NCBI GenBank assembly: GCA_026415155.1
Contig: JAOAHQ010000031.1
Location: 5,347 to 69,346, forward strand
DNA: 64,000 nucleotides
Source of the DNA: Rhodocyclaceae bacterium
Lineage (GTDB): Bacteria; Pseudomonadota; Gammaproteobacteria; Burkholderiales; Rhodocyclaceae
Direction: 5' to 3'
In this document: piece by piece, positions 9,508-22,095 of the stretch
How the letters are laid out: every line of letters starts with the position of its first letter
How positions within the stretch are numbered: the first letter of the stretch is position 1
Notes under the pieces: model-generated
What the model was told of the DNA's origin: nothing
The model's database searches: none
What the model saw: only the letters and a program-made list of their open reading frames with translations
Program-made: the position numbers and the translations under genes

Positions 9508-10602
9508 TTACACGTTGAAGAGGAAGTTCATCACGTCGCCATCCTGCACGACGTAGTCCTTGCCCTCGGCGCGCAGCTTGCCGGCCTCTTTGGCGCCGTG
9601 CTCGCCGCCATGGGCGATGAAATCCTCATAGGCGATGGTCTGGGCGCGGATGAAGCCGCGTTCGAAGTCGGAGTGGATCACGCCGGCGGCCTGCGGCGCG
9701 GTATCGCCCTGGCGGATCGTCCAGGCGCGCACCTCCTTCGGCCCGGCGGTGAAAAAGGTCTGCAAGCCCAGAAGATGGTAGGCGGCGCGGATCAGGCGAT
9801 TCAGGCCCGGCTCGCTCATGCCCATCTCGGCGAGGAAGAGCTGCTTGTCCTCGTCGGCGAGATCGGCGATCTCGGCCTCGAGCGCCGCGCAGATGGCGAC
9901 GACGTCGGCGTTTTCCTGGGCGGCATGGGCCTGGACGGCCGCAAGATGCGGGTTGTGCGCGAAGCCATCTTCCTTGACGTTGGCCGCATAAAGGACGGGC
10001 TTGGCGGTGAGCAGGAAGAAGGGGCGTAACAGCGCCCGTTCCTCTTTCGACAATTCGAGCGCGCGCACGGGCTTCGCTGCATCGAGCTGGCGCTGGCACT
10101 TTTCGAGCACATCGACGATGTGTTTCGCCTCCTTGTCGCCGCCGGCCTTGGCCTGCTTGGAATAGCGTGCCAATGCCTTCTCGACGGTGGCGAGATCCGC
10201 AAGGCACAGCTCGGTGTCAATGACCTCGATGTCGCGGAGCGGATCGACGCTGCCCGAGACATGCACGATGTTGGGGTCCTCAAAGCAGCGCACGACATGG
10301 ACGATCGCATCGGTCTCGCGAATGTTGGCGAGAAACTGGTTGCCCAAGCCCTCGCCTTTCGAGGCACCGGCAACGAGACCGGCGATATCGACGAACTCGA
10401 CGATGGCCGGCACGACCTTCTGCGGCTTGACGATCTTGGCAAGCTCCGTAAGGCGCGGGTCGGGCACCTCGACGACGCCGACATTGGGCTCGATGGTGCA
10501 AAAGGGATAGTTCGAGGCTTCGATGCCAGCCTTAGTGAGCGCGTTGAAGAGCGTGGACTTGCCGACGTTGGGCAGGCCGACGATGCCACATTTCAAGCTC
10601 AT
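9508..10602 (-). CDS. ychF: Redox-regulated ATPase YchF
   Basis: [29 protein letters not shown]-terminal TGS domain. Confidence 0.96.
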   Translation of the reverse strand: MSLKCGIVGLPNVGKSTLFNALTKAGIEASNYPFCTIEPNVGVVEVPDPRLTELAKIVKPQKVVPAIVEFVDIAGLVAGASKGEGLGNQFLANIRETDAIVHVVRCFEDPNIVHVSGSVDPLRDIEVIDTELCLADLATVEKALARYSKQAKAGGDKEAKHIVDVLEKCQRQLDAAKPVRALELSKEERALLRPFFLLTAKPVLYAANVKEDGFAHNPHLAAVQAHAAQENADVVAICAALEAEIADLADEDKQLFLAEMGMSEPGLNRLIRAAYHLLGLQTFFTAGPKEVRAWTIRQGDTAPQAAGVIHSDFERGFIRAQTIAYEDFIAHGGEHGAKEAGKLRAEGKDYVVQDGDVMNFLFNV

Positions 10603-11201
10603 GGGACTTCCTTTGGGGGGGCGGGTTTGGTGTTGATCTTCTGCATGGCGGCGGAAAAATCGGCCCTCGCAAGCCACGGCCAGGCATTAAGCGCGCGCTC
10701 GAGTGCTGCGTCGATTGCCTCGGCCTCTTCCTTGCGCGGAGGTTTCAGCACGTAGTTCACGACTTCGTTTCGATCACCGGGGTGGCCGATGCCAATGCGA
10801 AGCCGCCAATAGTCCTGTGTGCCGAGATGGCTCGTGATGTCCTTGAGACCATTGTGCCCGCCTAAGCCGCCGCCGAACTTCAAGCGCATGAGGCCCGGCG
10901 GCAGGTCGAGCTCGTCATGCACGACGAGGATTTCGGCGGGCTGAATGCGGTAGAAGTGGGCGAGCGCCTGCACCGCCTGGCCCGAGCGGTTCATGTAGGT
11001 CTGCGGCATCAATAGCCAAAGGTCGGCGCTGGTAAGACGGCCTTTGGCAACGAGGCCATGAAAGCGCGCCTCGCGGGAAAACGACAGGCCAAGCGTGCGC
11101 GCGAGCCGCTCACAAAACCAAAACCCGGCGTTGTGCCGGGTTTCGGAATACTCGGGGCCGGGATTGCCCAGCCCGACGATGAGACGCAGCGCCGTCTGCA
11201 A
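10599..11201 (-). CDS. pth: Peptidyl-tRNA hydrolase
   Basis: VGLGNPG, TRHNAG, HDELD, GHNGLK; TTG start. Confidence 0.95.
   Translation of the reverse strand: MQTALRLIVGLGNPGPEYSETRHNAGFWFCERLARTLGLSFSREARFHGLVAKGRLTSADLWLLMPQTYMNRSGQAVQALAHFYRIQPAEILVVHDELDLPPGLMRLKFGGGLGGHNGLKDITSHLGTQDYWRLRIGIGHPGDRNEVVNYVLKPPRKEEAEAIDAALERALNAWPWLARADFSAAMQKINTKPAPPKEVP
11019..11041 (-). repeat. Dispersed 23-bp motif copy
   Basis: Reverse complement GCCGTCTTACCAGCGCCGACCTT inside pth (GRLTSADL). Confidence 0.8.
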
Positions 11202-11888
11202 TTACTTCTTCTCGCCCTTCTTCTCGCCGGCCGGCTTCTTCTCGGCCGCCGCAGCGGCGGGCTTCTTCTCGGTGATGATCTGCGTTTCGGCCGGCGCGGC
11301 TTCTTCTTCGGTGGCCGCCCCGCCGCCGCGCACGACGATCGTCACCACGACCGGATCGCCTTCGCCGTGATGGACGGCTTCGACGCCCGCCGGCAGCTTG
11401 ACCTGCGAGACATGGATCGATTGGCCGCCCTTGAGATCCTTGAGGTCGATCTCGATGAACTCGGGCAGATCCTTCGGCAGGCACTTGACGTCGAGTTCGG
11501 TCATGACGTGCTGCACCATGCCGCCGTCGAGCTTGACGCCCGGGGCGATGTCGGCATTGATGAAGTGCAGCGGCACCTTCTGGTGGATCTTGTGCGTGGC
11601 ATCGATGCGCTGGAAGTCCACGTGCTTGATGAGCGGCTTGTAGGCGTGCATCTGCACGTCTCGCAACAGGCACATTTCGCTCGCGCCGTCGAGCTTTAAC
11701 GTGATGATCGAGGAGTGGAAGGCCTCCTTGCGCAGGGCCTGATAGAGCTCGTTGTGGTCGAGCTCGATCATCTGCGGGGCGGCGCTGCCTCCGTAGAGAA
11801 TGCCGGGCACCCGGCCAGCGCGGCGCAGGCGGCGGCTCGCACTCGATCCCTGCACCTCGCGCTTCTTGGCGTTGATTTCGAATTGCAT
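11202..11888 (-). CDS. rplY: 50S ribosomal protein L25/Ctc
   Basis: [21 protein letters not shown], Ctc C-terminal domain. Confidence 0.95.
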   Translation of the reverse strand: MQFEINAKKREVQGSSASRRLRRAGRVPGILYGGSAAPQMIELDHNELYQALRKEAFHSSIITLKLDGASEMCLLRDVQMHAYKPLIKHVDFQRIDATHKIHQKVPLHFINADIAPGVKLDGGMVQHVMTELDVKCLPKDLPEFIEIDLKDLKGGQSIHVSQVKLPAGVEAVHHGEGDPVVVTIVVRGGGAATEEEAAPAETQIITEKKPAAAAAEKKPAGEKKGEKK

Positions 11889-11903
11889 GGCGGACTCCAG
11901 AAA

Positions 11904-11930
11904 AACCTGCCCGCGACCAGGCAGGGGGTT
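11904..11930 (-). promoter_or_regulatory. Hairpin in rplY leader (candidate L25 leader)
   Basis: Minus-strand CCTGCC-TGGTCGCG-GGCAGG stem-loop just upstream of the rplY SD. Confidence 0.45.
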
Positions 11931-11940
11931 GAGGAAAAAA

Positions 11941-12891
11941 CTATTCGGCGAACAGCGATGAGACCGATTCCTCGTTGCTGATGCGGATGATCGTCTCGGC
12001 CAAAAGCCCCGCGATCGAGACGACGCGGATGCGCGGGCAGGCCTGGGCGTCCTCGCGCAGCGGGATCGTATCGGTGACGACCAGCTCATCGAGATCGGAT
12101 TCGGCGATGCGCGCCACGGCACTGCCCGAGAGCACCGGATGGGTGCAATAGGCCATCACCTTCTTCGCGCCGTGTTCCTTCAAGGCGCGCGCGGCCTTGA
12201 CGAGCGTGCCGGCCGTGTCGACGATGTCGTCCATGATGACGCAGCTGCGGCCCTCGACCTCGCCGATGATGTGCATGACTTCCGCGACGTTGGCGCGCGG
12301 CCGGCGCTTGTCGATGATCGCGAGATCCGTTTCCAAGAGCTTGGCCGCGGCGCGCGCGCGCAAGACGCCCCCGACGTCCGGCGAGACGACCAAGAGGTCG
12401 TCGTGGCGCTGTTTCCAGATATCGCCCAACAGGATCGGCGTCGCGTAGATGTTATCGACGGGAATGTCGAAGAAGCCCTGGATCTGATCGGCATGCAGAT
12501 CGACGGTGAGCACGCGCTGCACGCCGACCGCCTGCAGCATGTTGGCGACGACCTTGGCGACGATCGGCACGCGCGCCGAGCGCGGCCGGCGGTCCTGCCG
12601 CGCATAGCCGTAATAGGGCACCGCGGCGGTGATGCGGCCCGCCGAGGCGCGCTTTAGGGCATCGGCGAGGATCACCAGCTCCATCAAATTGTCGTTGGCC
12701 GGCGCGCAGGTGGGCTGCAGGATGAAGACATCCTTGCCGCGCACGTTTTCGAGCAGCTCGACGTTGCATTCCCCATCGGAGAAGCGGCCGACGGTGGCGC
12801 GGCCGAGCGAGATGTTGAGGCGCTTGGCGACGTCGGCGGCCAACTTCGGGTTGGCATTGCCGGTGAAGACCATCAGACTGTCGTAGGCCAT
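11941..12891 (-). CDS. prs: Ribose-phosphate pyrophosphokinase
   Basis: [38 protein letters not shown]. Confidence 0.96.
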   Translation of the reverse strand: MAYDSLMVFTGNANPKLAADVAKRLNISLGRATVGRFSDGECNVELLENVRGKDVFILQPTCAPANDNLMELVILADALKRASAGRITAAVPYYGYARQDRRPRSARVPIVAKVVANMLQAVGVQRVLTVDLHADQIQGFFDIPVDNIYATPILLGDIWKQRHDDLLVVSPDVGGVLRARAAAKLLETDLAIIDKRRPRANVAEVMHIIGEVEGRSCVIMDDIVDTAGTLVKAARALKEHGAKKVMAYCTHPVLSGSAVARIAESDLDELVVTDTIPLREDAQACPRIRVVSIAGLLAETIIRISNEESVSSLFAE

Positions 12892-12973
12892 GCTCGCTCG
12901 AACGTGCAAAAAAGCGAAATGGGCAGGCCCAGCCGACAAAGAAAATGGGTCTGAGTCTGCCCGTGGAGAATTC

Positions 12974-13050
12974 TGGCTGGGGAGGAAGGATTCGAACCCT
13001 CGAATGCCGGAATCAAAATCCGGTGCCTTAACCAGCTTGGCGACTCCCCA
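12974..13050 (-). tRNA. tRNA-Gln (anticodon TTG)
   Basis: TGGGGAGTCGCCAAGCTGGTTAAGGCACCGGATTTTGATTCCGG...GGTTCGAATCC...CCCCAGCCA; canonical ispE-tRNA-Gln-prs position. Confidence 0.96.
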
Positions 13051-13114
13051 AGCTTCGACGGCAGCGCCAAAGGCCGCCGTGCGAAAGGACGCGCATTTTC
13101 CTGGTTTTGCGAAA

Positions 13115-13963
13115 TCATGTCAATGCAACGAGCGGATGGGCGGCAAGCCCCGCCACAACGAGCGCGGCAAGCTCGGGCGGCAGCGCGGCGGCGGCGGCGC
13201 GCGCGGCTGCTTCATTGGCAAAGGCGACGAAGCAGCAAGCGCCCGAGCCCGTCATACGCGCCTCACCCACGGCGCGCAAGGCTTCGAGATGGCGCGCGAT
13301 CTCGGGGTAGCGCGCTTGGGCAACGGCCTCGAGATCGTTGCGGCCAAGGCCTGGCCGCCAGTCTTGCGGGCGCATGGCGGGCGTATCGCGCTTGAGTTCC
13401 GGCGCGCGGAAGATCTCGGCGGTGGGCACCTGAACGAGCGGGCGCGTGACGAGATACCAGGCCTCCGGCAAAGCTAGATCGGTGAAGCGCTCGCCCACGC
13501 CCTCGGCGAAACAGTTGCGACCATGGACGAACACCGGCACGTCGGCGCCGAGCGAGAGGCCGATCCGCTGCAACGCCTCGCGCGATAGTCCCAGGCCCCA
13601 GAGGTGGTTAAGCGCGATGAGCGTCGTCGCGGCGTCCGAGCTGCCGCCGCCCAAGCCGCCGCCCGCCGGAATGCGCTTTTCGAGGTGGATCGTCACGCCG
13701 CGGGCCGTCGGGCCAGCGCCGACTTGCTGCAAGGCGCGCGCGGCGCGCACGACGAGGTTGTCTTCCTCCGCCACCCCGGGCACCGGCGTGGCGAGCACGA
13801 TGCGACCATCTTCGCGCGGTGAAAAACGCAGCTCATCGGAAAGATCGATGAAGCGGAACACCGTCTGCAAAAGGTGATAGCCATCGGCACGGCGGCCGAC
13901 GACGTGGAGGAAGAGATTGAGCTTGGCCGGCGCAGGCCAGGCGCTTTCCCAGCCCCAGCTCAC
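13115..13963 (-). CDS. ispE: 4-diphosphocytidyl-2-C-methyl-D-erythritol kinase
   Basis: [36 protein letters not shown]. Confidence 0.95.
   Translation of the reverse strand: MSWGWESAWPAPAKLNLFLHVVGRRADGYHLLQTVFRFIDLSDELRFSPREDGRIVLATPVPGVAEEDNLVVRAARALQQVGAGPTARGVTIHLEKRIPAGGGLGGGSSDAATTLIALNHLWGLGLSREALQRIGLSLGADVPVFVHGRNCFAEGVGERFTDLALPEAWYLVTRPLVQVPTAEIFRAPELKRDTPAMRPQDWRPGLGRNDLEAVAQARYPEIARHLEALRAVGEARMTGSGACCFVAFANEAAARAAAAALPPELAALVVAGLAAHPLVALT
13704..13726 (+). repeat. Dispersed 23-bp motif copy
   Basis: GCCGTCGGGCCAGCGCCGACTTG, antisense in ispE (QVGAGPTA). Confidence 0.8.
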
Positions 13964-14472
13964 CGGAGCGCCTCCCAGGCATCGATCTTGAGGCGCACAA
14001 TGATCTCACCGCGCTCGAATTCGATGAGCGTCGGCAGGGCATGGGGCGCCTCCCCTTCGCGTTCGAGCACGCGCACCGTCCAGCCTTCCGTCTCGCCCAC
14101 CTCGCCCAAGAGCCAGCGCGCCGTGGCAGCAAGCGGCAGCCGGAAGCCGAGCACCGTCTCTGCGAGGGCCGCAGCATCGGCGGCGGCGATTTCCCGCCCA
14201 TCGGCGAGCTTGAGTCGCGCGCCAGCATTCTCACTCACGATTTCCGCGACCCCCTGGCCGAAGGGCGTGGTAAGCAGGAGTTCGTCGCGCTCCTGGGTAT
14301 GGCGCCAGGTGAGCGACAGGTGATGGCGCTGCTCGCCTTGCCGCACGCTCAAGCGGCCGGTGAGCGTAAAGGTTTTGATCTCGTGGAGGGCAGGGCGCTG
14401 CGGCAAGACGGGGGCGGCCGCGCAGCCCGCGAGGATTAGCAGCACGGAGATGAGGCGGAGGATGCGGATCAA
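13960..14472 (-). CDS. lolB: Outer-membrane lipoprotein receptor LolB
   Basis: Lipobox LAGC, GRLSVR, TPFGQ, LGFRLP; TPR-lolB-ispE synteny. Confidence 0.85.
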   Translation of the reverse strand: MIRILRLISVLLILAGCAAAPVLPQRPALHEIKTFTLTGRLSVRQGEQRHHLSLTWRHTQERDELLLTTPFGQGVAEIVSENAGARLKLADGREIAAADAAALAETVLGFRLPLAATARWLLGEVGETEGWTVRVLEREGEAPHALPTLIEFERGEIIVRLKIDAWEALR

Positions 14473-16178
14473 GGCAGGAAGCGCTTGATGGTGGCGTTGA
14501 GCACTTCGTTGTTGGGATGTTCGCGGCGCGCCTTTTCCCAGGTGGCGCGCGCTTCGTCCCGCCGGTCGAGCGACCAGAGCACTTCGCCAAGATGCGCGGC
14601 GATTTCCGGATCGGAGCGGAGGGAGAGCGCCTTGTTGAGGTATTCGAGCGCGCCCACCTTGTCGCCTTGGCGGAACAGCACCCAGCCTTTGCTGTCGAGG
14701 ATGAAGGGGTCATCCGGCGCCAGTTCCAGTGCCCGCTCGATGAGCGCGCGCGCCTCCTCGAGGCGCACGTTGCGGTCGGCGAGCGAATAGCCCAAGGCAT
14801 TGTGGGCGTGCGCATGATCGGGCTTGAGGGCGATGAGGCGCTTGAGACGCGTTTCGAGCTCGTCGAGCCGGCCAAGCTTTTCGGCGATCAGTGCGATCTC
14901 GTAGAGGAGTTCCGGTTGATCGGGCTGCCGCTCGAGCGCCAGCGCGAGCACGGCGTGGGCCTCGGCAAAGCGGCCGGCCTCGCGTAAGAGCTGCGCTTCG
15001 CCGATCACGAGCTGGGCACGCTCTTGCGGCGAGCCCGCCTCGCTCGTCGCGAGCAACTGGCGCGCCGCCTCGAGCTTGCCTTGTTTGGCGAGCACATTGG
15101 CGGCATGCAGGCGCGCCGGCAGGTAGTGCTCGCCGCGGCCGACTTCGCCAAACCATTTGAGCGCCTCGTCCCAGCGCTTGGCCTCTTCGGCGAGCTGGCC
15201 CAGGTAATAGCGCGCCTTGTCGGCCTCGGCGTGTCCAATTTCGACGAGCTTGCGCAGCTGGCGTTCCGCTTCCTGGGAATCGCCAAGCTGCAACGAAAGG
15301 ATCGCGACGGCGAACACCACGTCGCCGTGCTCGGCGGGATCGACGCCTTCGAGCAAGGCGGAAAACTGGCGGCGCGCTTCGGCATAGCGTTTTTCATTGA
15401 CGAGCACGCGGGCGTAGGTGAGCCGCACTTCGCGCGCTTTCGGGTAACTGGCGAGAAAATCGGCGAAGAGGGCGAGCGCCGCGTCGCGATCGTCGAGGAG
15501 TTGCGCCTCGAAGAGGACGGCCAATTCCCAATCGGGCTTGAGTTCGCGCGCGCGGCGGATCGCGGCGCGCGCTGCGGGGGTATCGCGCGCGTCGAGGGCG
15601 GCCTGGGCGCGCGCGAAATGCGCTTCGGGATGGTCGAGATAGGGGGCGGTGACTGCCTCGATGAGGCCGCGTACGGCCTGGCGATCCTGGGCGCGCGCGA
15701 AGATGCGATTAAGGTGCAGCAGATTCTGCTTCAGAAATTCCGGCTCGGCCGCGAGCAGGCGCGCGACCTCGGCTTTGAGATCGGCAATGCGCCCTTGCGC
15801 GGCGTAAAGGCTCACGAGCATCTGCCGCGCCTGGCGCGATTCTGGATCGAGCTCGAGCCACAGGCGGGCGGCCTCGCTCGCAAGCTCCAGGCGCCGTGCG
15901 GAGAGGGCCAGTTCCGCGGCGCGGCGCGCAAGCCGCGGGTCGCGCGTCTCCTGGGCCAGTGCGCGGAAAATCTCGGCGCCTTGGCTCGCCTCGCCGCGCT
16001 GGGCGGCGATCTCGGCGAGCAGGAACTGCTGCAGGAGCTTGGGCGTGAGCGGCACCCGTGGCAAAACGCCCGCCGGCGGCGTCTCGGCCGTGCTGCGCAC
16101 CGCTCGCGTCTCCTGAGCAGGAAGAGGCGCGGCAGCGAGACCGGCTAAGGCAAGGAGGGCGAGGGCGATCGGCTTCAT
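14469..16178 (-). CDS. Secreted tetratricopeptide repeat protein
   Basis: Signal peptide, many TPRs, NALGYSLADR and DSKGWV; conserved position upstream of lolB. Confidence 0.88.
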   Translation of the reverse strand: MKPIALALLALAGLAAAPLPAQETRAVRSTAETPPAGVLPRVPLTPKLLQQFLLAEIAAQRGEASQGAEIFRALAQETRDPRLARRAAELALSARRLELASEAARLWLELDPESRQARQMLVSLYAAQGRIADLKAEVARLLAAEPEFLKQNLLHLNRIFARAQDRQAVRGLIEAVTAPYLDHPEAHFARAQAALDARDTPAARAAIRRARELKPDWELAVLFEAQLLDDRDAALALFADFLASYPKAREVRLTYARVLVNEKRYAEARRQFSALLEGVDPAEHGDVVFAVAILSLQLGDSQEAERQLRKLVEIGHAEADKARYYLGQLAEEAKRWDEALKWFGEVGRGEHYLPARLHAANVLAKQGKLEAARQLLATSEAGSPQERAQLVIGEAQLLREAGRFAEAHAVLALALERQPDQPELLYEIALIAEKLGRLDELETRLKRLIALKPDHAHAHNALGYSLADRNVRLEEARALIERALELAPDDPFILDSKGWVLFRQGDKVGALEYLNKALSLRSDPEIAAHLGEVLWSLDRRDEARATWEKARREHPNNEVLNATIKRFLP

Positions 16179-16228
16179 GGCGGCAGCACTTTACAATGCC
16201 TTCATGTTAGCAGTTTCCCAAAGCGCTG

Positions 16229-17038
16229 ATGCCTGAACTGCCCGAGGTCGAAGTCACGCGGCGCGGCATCGCCGCCCATCTCGAAGGCGAGCGGCTTGAG
16301 CGCGCCGTCTTACGAGCGCCGAGCTTGCGCTACCCGCTGCCGGCGAACCTTGCCCGGCGGCTGGCCGGCTTGACGCTGCTTGAGGCCAAGCGGCGCGGCA
16401 AGTATCTGCTGCTCGATTTCGGCGCGGGGCACTTGCTCATTCACCTCGGCATGTCGGGCAGCCTGCGCTATGTGGCGCCCGCCACACCGCCGGGCCGCCA
16501 TGATCATGCCGATTTCGTCTTCGCCGGGCGAATCTTGCGCTTTGCCGATCCGCGCCGCTTCGGGGCGCTGCTGTGGCTTCAAGGCGATCCGCTCGAACAC
16601 CCCTTGCTCGCTGGACTAGGCATCGAGCCGCTCTCGCGCGCCTTCACGCCCGCCTGGCTTGCCGAGGCGCTCGCTGGACGGCGGCTGGCGATCAAGCAGG
16701 CGCTGATGGATGCCTCGCTCGTCGTCGGCATCGGCAATATCTACGCATCGGAAAGTCTCTTTGCCGCGGGCATCGCCCCGCGCACGCCGGCGAACGAGGT
16801 GAGCGCGGCGAAACTGACGCGCCTCGTGCCCGCGATCAAATCGACGCTGCGGGCGGCGATCCGCGCCGGGGGCAGCACGCTCAGGGATTTTTGCGGGCCG
16901 GAAGGCATGGGCGGCTTTCAGGTGCGGCATCGGGTCTATGGCCGCGCCGGCGCACCCTGCTTTCGCTGCGGCGCGCCGATCCGCCACATTCGCCAAGGGC
17001 AGCGCTCGACCTATTACTGTCCGCGCTGCCAGCGGTGA
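16229..17038 (+). CDS. mutM: Formamidopyrimidine-DNA glycosylase
   Basis: MPELPEVE, RRGKYL, HLGMSG, GIGNIYA, C-terminal Zn finger. Confidence 0.96.
   Translation: MPELPEVEVTRRGIAAHLEGERLERAVLRAPSLRYPLPANLARRLAGLTLLEAKRRGKYLLLDFGAGHLLIHLGMSGSLRYVAPATPPGRHDHADFVFAGRILRFADPRRFGALLWLQGDPLEHPLLAGLGIEPLSRAFTPAWLAEALAGRRLAIKQALMDASLVVGIGNIYASESLFAAGIAPRTPANEVSAAKLTRLVPAIKSTLRAAIRAGGSTLRDFCGPEGMGGFQVRHRVYGRAGAPCFRCGAPIRHIRQGQRSTYYCPRCQR
16304..16326 (+). repeat. Dispersed 23-bp motif copy
   Basis: GCCGTCTTACGAGCGCCGAGCTT inside mutM (AVLRAPSL). Confidence 0.7.
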
Positions 17039-17296
<258 letters not shown>

Positions 17297-17311
17297 TTAC
17301 CTCTCGCTTTC

Positions 17312-18341
<1,030 letters not shown>

Positions 18342-18345
<4 letters not shown>

Positions 18346-19628
18346 TCGCCGGCGACGATCACGGTGACGAGGTGCTCGGGCTTCACATGGCGCCTGAAGG
18401 CCGCCTTGACGTCCTCACGCGTCACCGCCGCGACCCATTTCGGGAACTGGTCGAGGTAATCGAGCGGCAGGCCGTAGAAGCCAATCAGCGCAAGATAGCC
18501 CAAGAGCTTGGCGTTGCTGTCGATCCTCAACGCCTGACCTTGGATGAGGTTCTTCTTCGCCGCGGCGAGCTCCTCATCGGTCGGCCCTTCGGCGAGGAAG
18601 CGCGCCAGCACTTCATGGACGACCTTGAGGGCTTCCTCGACCTGCTCGCGCTTGGTCTGCAACCCAATCTCGAACGGCCCTTCGAGCACGCGCGGCCCGA
18701 GAGAGGAATAGACGCTGTAGGCAAAGCCGCGCTTTTCGCGCACTTCCTTCATGAGCCGCGAGACGAAGCCGCCGCCGCCCAAGGTGTAGTTGCCGACGAG
18801 GAGCGCGAAATACTCAGGATTGGCGCTGCGCCTCACTGCCGGCAAGCCAAGGTGGATGTGGGCCTGGGTCGCCGGATGGGCGATCTTGAGGGTCTCGCGC
18901 GCGGGCAGGCGGACGGCCGGCAAGGGCGCCACCGGCGCGCCCGGAGGCAGTGCGGCGGCGATCCGGTTCGCGATCGCCTCGGCCTCATCGCGCGTGACGT
19001 CGCCGAGAATCGAGATCACCGCGCCGTTGGCGACGTAATGCCGCCGGTGGAATTCGACGAGATCCTCGCGCGTGATGCGGGCAACGCTTTCGGGTGTCGC
19101 GACCTGGCCATAGGGGTGGTCGGGATAGAGCGCCTGGGCAAAACGCTTGGCGGCGATCGCATCGGGGCGGGTGTCGGCATCTTTCAGGGCTTCGATGGTG
19201 CGCGTCTTTTCGCGCTCGAAGGCCGCGGCCGGAAACGTCGGCGTCGCAAGGAGGGCCGTGTAGAGCGCCAGCGCCCCTTCCTTTTCCTCGCGGGAGGAGA
19301 GCGTGCGCAAGCCGACGCTCGCCTTGTCATGGTCGGAGGTCGAGGCAAAGCGCGCACCGAGCTCGACGAGCCGCGCCGAGATCTCTTCTTCGTCGAGCTC
19401 GGGCGTGCCGGCATCGATGAGGCTCGCGGTCAAGCCCGCGACCCCTGCCTTGCCGGCGGGACTTCTGGCGCCGCCGGCGGGAAAGTCGATCTGCACGTCG
19501 AGGATGGGCAGGTCGTGATTTTCGACGAAATAGACCTTGGCGCCGGAGGGCAGCACCCAGTGCTGGATCTGCGGCCCGGCCCATACCGGCACGGCGAAGA
19601 AGAAAAAGATTACGAACAGGAAGCGCAT
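18342..19628 (-). CDS. M16 peptidase family, inactive subunit
   Basis: Signal peptide, no HxxEH, SRLMKEVREKRGFAY. Confidence 0.88.
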
Positions 19629-19637
19629 GGCAAACCC

Positions 19638-20999
19638 TCAATGACGTGCCGCGAAGCCGCGGCGCTCACGCTTGGCATCGAGCGGCTGCGGGTCGAGCAC
19701 GGCGACGGTGAGCGTGTCGGGGACGAAATATTTTTTCGCTACCGCCTGCACTTCTTCGGCGGTCACACTCTTGATCTTCTCGATGAACTTGTCGATGTCA
19801 CGGTAGGAGAAACCGGCCGATTCGATCTGGCCGATCTCCATCGCCTGGGCCATCATCGAATCGCGCTTATAGACCTGCGCGGCGATGACCTGGGTCTTGA
19901 CGCGCTTTAATTCGTCCTCGGCGACGCCTTCGTCTTGGATCCGCTTGATTTCCGCCTGCAGGGCCGCTTCGAGCTCGGCCACACTGCGGCCGGCGGCGGG
20001 CTGGCCGGCGAGGATGAACTGCGTCTCGCCGCGCACGATCGCGTCATAGCCCGCCGAGGCCGACTGGGCGATCTTCTCGCCGCGCACGAGGCGCTTCGGC
20101 AGGCGCGCCGCGTCGTTGCCATCGAGGATCGAGGAGAGCACCTCGAGCGCAAAGGGCTCGCGATCGCGGTCGATGTCGATGAGCTTCGGCACCTTCCAGG
20201 CCATCAAGAGATAAGGGAGTTCCGCTGGCGCCTTGACGATCACGCGGCGCTGGCCTTGCTGCGGCGGTTCTTTCTGCGGCTTGCGCTCAGGCAGCGCTTT
20301 GGGCTTGTGGCGGCCATAGGTCGCCGCGGCGAGCTTGAACACTTCGCGATGATCCACGTCGCCCACGACGACGACATAGGCATTGTTCGGCGCATACCAG
20401 CGGCGATACCACTCGCGCGCATCCTGCCAGGTCATGCTCTCCAGATCGCTCATCCAGCCGATCACCGGCCGGCGGTAAGGGTGAGCCATGAAGGCCGTCG
20501 CATTCAGCGTCTCATAGACGCGCGCCTGCGGATTGTCCTCGGTGCGTAGCCGCCGCTCTTCCTTGACGACTTCGATCTCGCTGGCGAATTCTTCGGGCTT
20601 CAAGACGAGATTGGCCATGCGGTCGGCCTCAAGCCGCATCATCTCGGGTAATGCTTCTTTCGGCACGATCTGGAAGTAGGCCGTGTAATCGAGGCTCGTG
20701 AAGGCGTTGTCGCGGCCGCCGGCTTCGGCGACGCGCTTGTTGAATTCGCCGGCCTTCAGGGTCTTGGTGCCCTTGAACATCATGTGCTCGAGCACGTGGG
20801 CGACCCCCGAGGTGCCATCCTGCTCGTCCATGCTGCCGGCGCGATACCAAACCATATGCACCACGACCGGCGCGCGGCGGTCTTCCTTGACGATCACGCG
20901 CAGGCCGTTCTTCAACGTGGTCTCATAAGGATTGGCGAGAGTCGGCGCCGGCAAGACGGCCAATGAAAGCCAGCAGGCGAAAAACAGTCGTTGTTTCAT
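19638..20999 (-). CDS. M16 zinc peptidase, catalytic subunit
   Basis: Signal peptide, HVLEH (HxxEH), NAFT, EERR. Confidence 0.9.
   Translation of the reverse strand: MKQRLFFACWLSLAVLPAPTLANPYETTLKNGLRVIVKEDRRAPVVVHMVWYRAGSMDEQDGTSGVAHVLEHMMFKGTKTLKAGEFNKRVAEAGGRDNAFTSLDYTAYFQIVPKEALPEMMRLEADRMANLVLKPEEFASEIEVVKEERRLRTEDNPQARVYETLNATAFMAHPYRRPVIGWMSDLESMTWQDAREWYRRWYAPNNAYVVVVGDVDHREVFKLAAATYGRHKPKALPERKPQKEPPQQGQRRVIVKAPAELPYLLMAWKVPKLIDIDRDREPFALEVLSSILDGNDAARLPKRLVRGEKIAQSASAGYDAIVRGETQFILAGQPAAGRSVAELEAALQAEIKRIQDEGVAEDELKRVKTQVIAAQVYKRDSMMAQAMEIGQIESAGFSYRDIDKFIEKIKSVTAEEVQAVAKKYFVPDTLTVAVLDPQPLDAKRERRGFAARH
20938..20960 (-). repeat. Dispersed 23-bp motif copy
   Basis: Reverse complement GCCGTCTTGCCGGCGCCGACTCT in the signal-peptide codons of the M16 peptidase (AVLPAPTL). 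Confidence 0.85.
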
Positions 21000-21078
21000 G
21001 GGGCTGACGGCGGCTGAATTAGAATGGCTGCCGCGCATCATAGCGCGTCAGTTTCGATCCCCTACGACCTTTTCCAGC

Positions 21079-22035
21079 ATGTTTGGTTTCCTCAAGAAAG
21101 ACGCGGCGGCCGCGCCGGCTGCCAAACCCTCCTGGGCCGAGCGGCTCAAGGCTGGGCTTGCCAAGACGCGCGAGGCGCTCAATACGCCGCTTTCAGAACT
21201 TTTCTCGCGCGCCAAGATCGACGAGGCGCTGCTCGAAGAGCTCGAAGCCACGCTCCTCATGGCCGATTGCGGCATCGAGGCGACGGCGTGGCTACTCGAC
21301 GAGCTCAAGGCGCGCGTCAAGAAGGAAAAGCTCGATTCACCCGCGGCGTTGCGCGCCGCGCTCATCGAATTGCTCACGGAGCTTTTGCAGCCGCTCGAAG
21401 CGCCGCTCGACGTCGCCGCGCACACGCCCTTCATCATCATGATCGCAGGCGTCAATGGCGCCGGCAAGACCACCTCGATCGGCAAGCTCGCCTGGCGTTT
21501 CCGGCAAGAGGGCAAGCGCGTGCTCCTTGCCGCCGGCGATACCTTCCGCGCCGCGGCGCGCGAGCAGCTCGCCGAGTGGGGGCGCCGCAACGAGGTCGAC
21601 GTCATCAGTCAGGAAGGCGGCGATCCGGCCGCCGTCGTCTTCGATGCGATCTCCGCCGCCAAGGCGCGCGGCTGTCACGTCGTGCTCGCCGACACCGCCG
21701 GCCGGCTGCCGACGCAGCTGCACCTCATGGAAGAGATCGCCAAGGTGCGCCGCGTGATCCAAAAGGCGGAGCCTTCCGCACCGCACGAGGTGCTCCTCGT
21801 GCTCGATGCCAACATCGGCCAAAACGCCATCGCGCAGGTCAAGGCCTTCGACAAGGCGATCGGTGTGACGGGGCTCATCATTACCAAGCTCGACGGCACG
21901 GCCAAGGGCGGCGTGCTCGCCGCGATCGCGCGGCAATGCCCCAAGCCGGTGCGCTTCATCGGCGTCGGCGAAGGCCTCGACGATTTGCAGCCCTTCCGGG
22001 CGCGCGAGTTCGTCGCGGCGATGTTGGGGGCCTGA
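21079..22035 (+). CDS. ftsY: Signal recognition particle receptor FtsY
   Basis: GVNGAGKTT, DTFRAAA, DTAGR, TKLDGTAKGG. Confidence 0.96.
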   Translation: MFGFLKKDAAAAPAAKPSWAERLKAGLAKTREALNTPLSELFSRAKIDEALLEELEATLLMADCGIEATAWLLDELKARVKKEKLDSPAALRAALIELLTELLQPLEAPLDVAAHTPFIIMIAGVNGAGKTTSIGKLAWRFRQEGKRVLLAAGDTFRAAAREQLAEWGRRNEVDVISQEGGDPAAVVFDAISAAKARGCHVVLADTAGRLPTQLHLMEEIAKVRRVIQKAEPSAPHEVLLVLDANIGQNAIAQVKAFDKAIGVTGLIITKLDGTAKGGVLAAIARQCPKPVRFIGVGEGLDDLQPFRAREFVAAMLGA

Positions 22036-22095
22036 ACCAGCCTGCCAAGCTTTATCATCGAGACCGAAGCGCTTTTCCAACGCAGGGGGACGGCC

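Noticed and set aside
21455-21472. GGCGCCGGCAAGAC partial motif matches in ftsY, ftsE, phoH and glyQ
   Set aside because: Explained by conserved protein motifs (Walker A GxGK[T/S], GlyQ EVGAGT); not counted as copies
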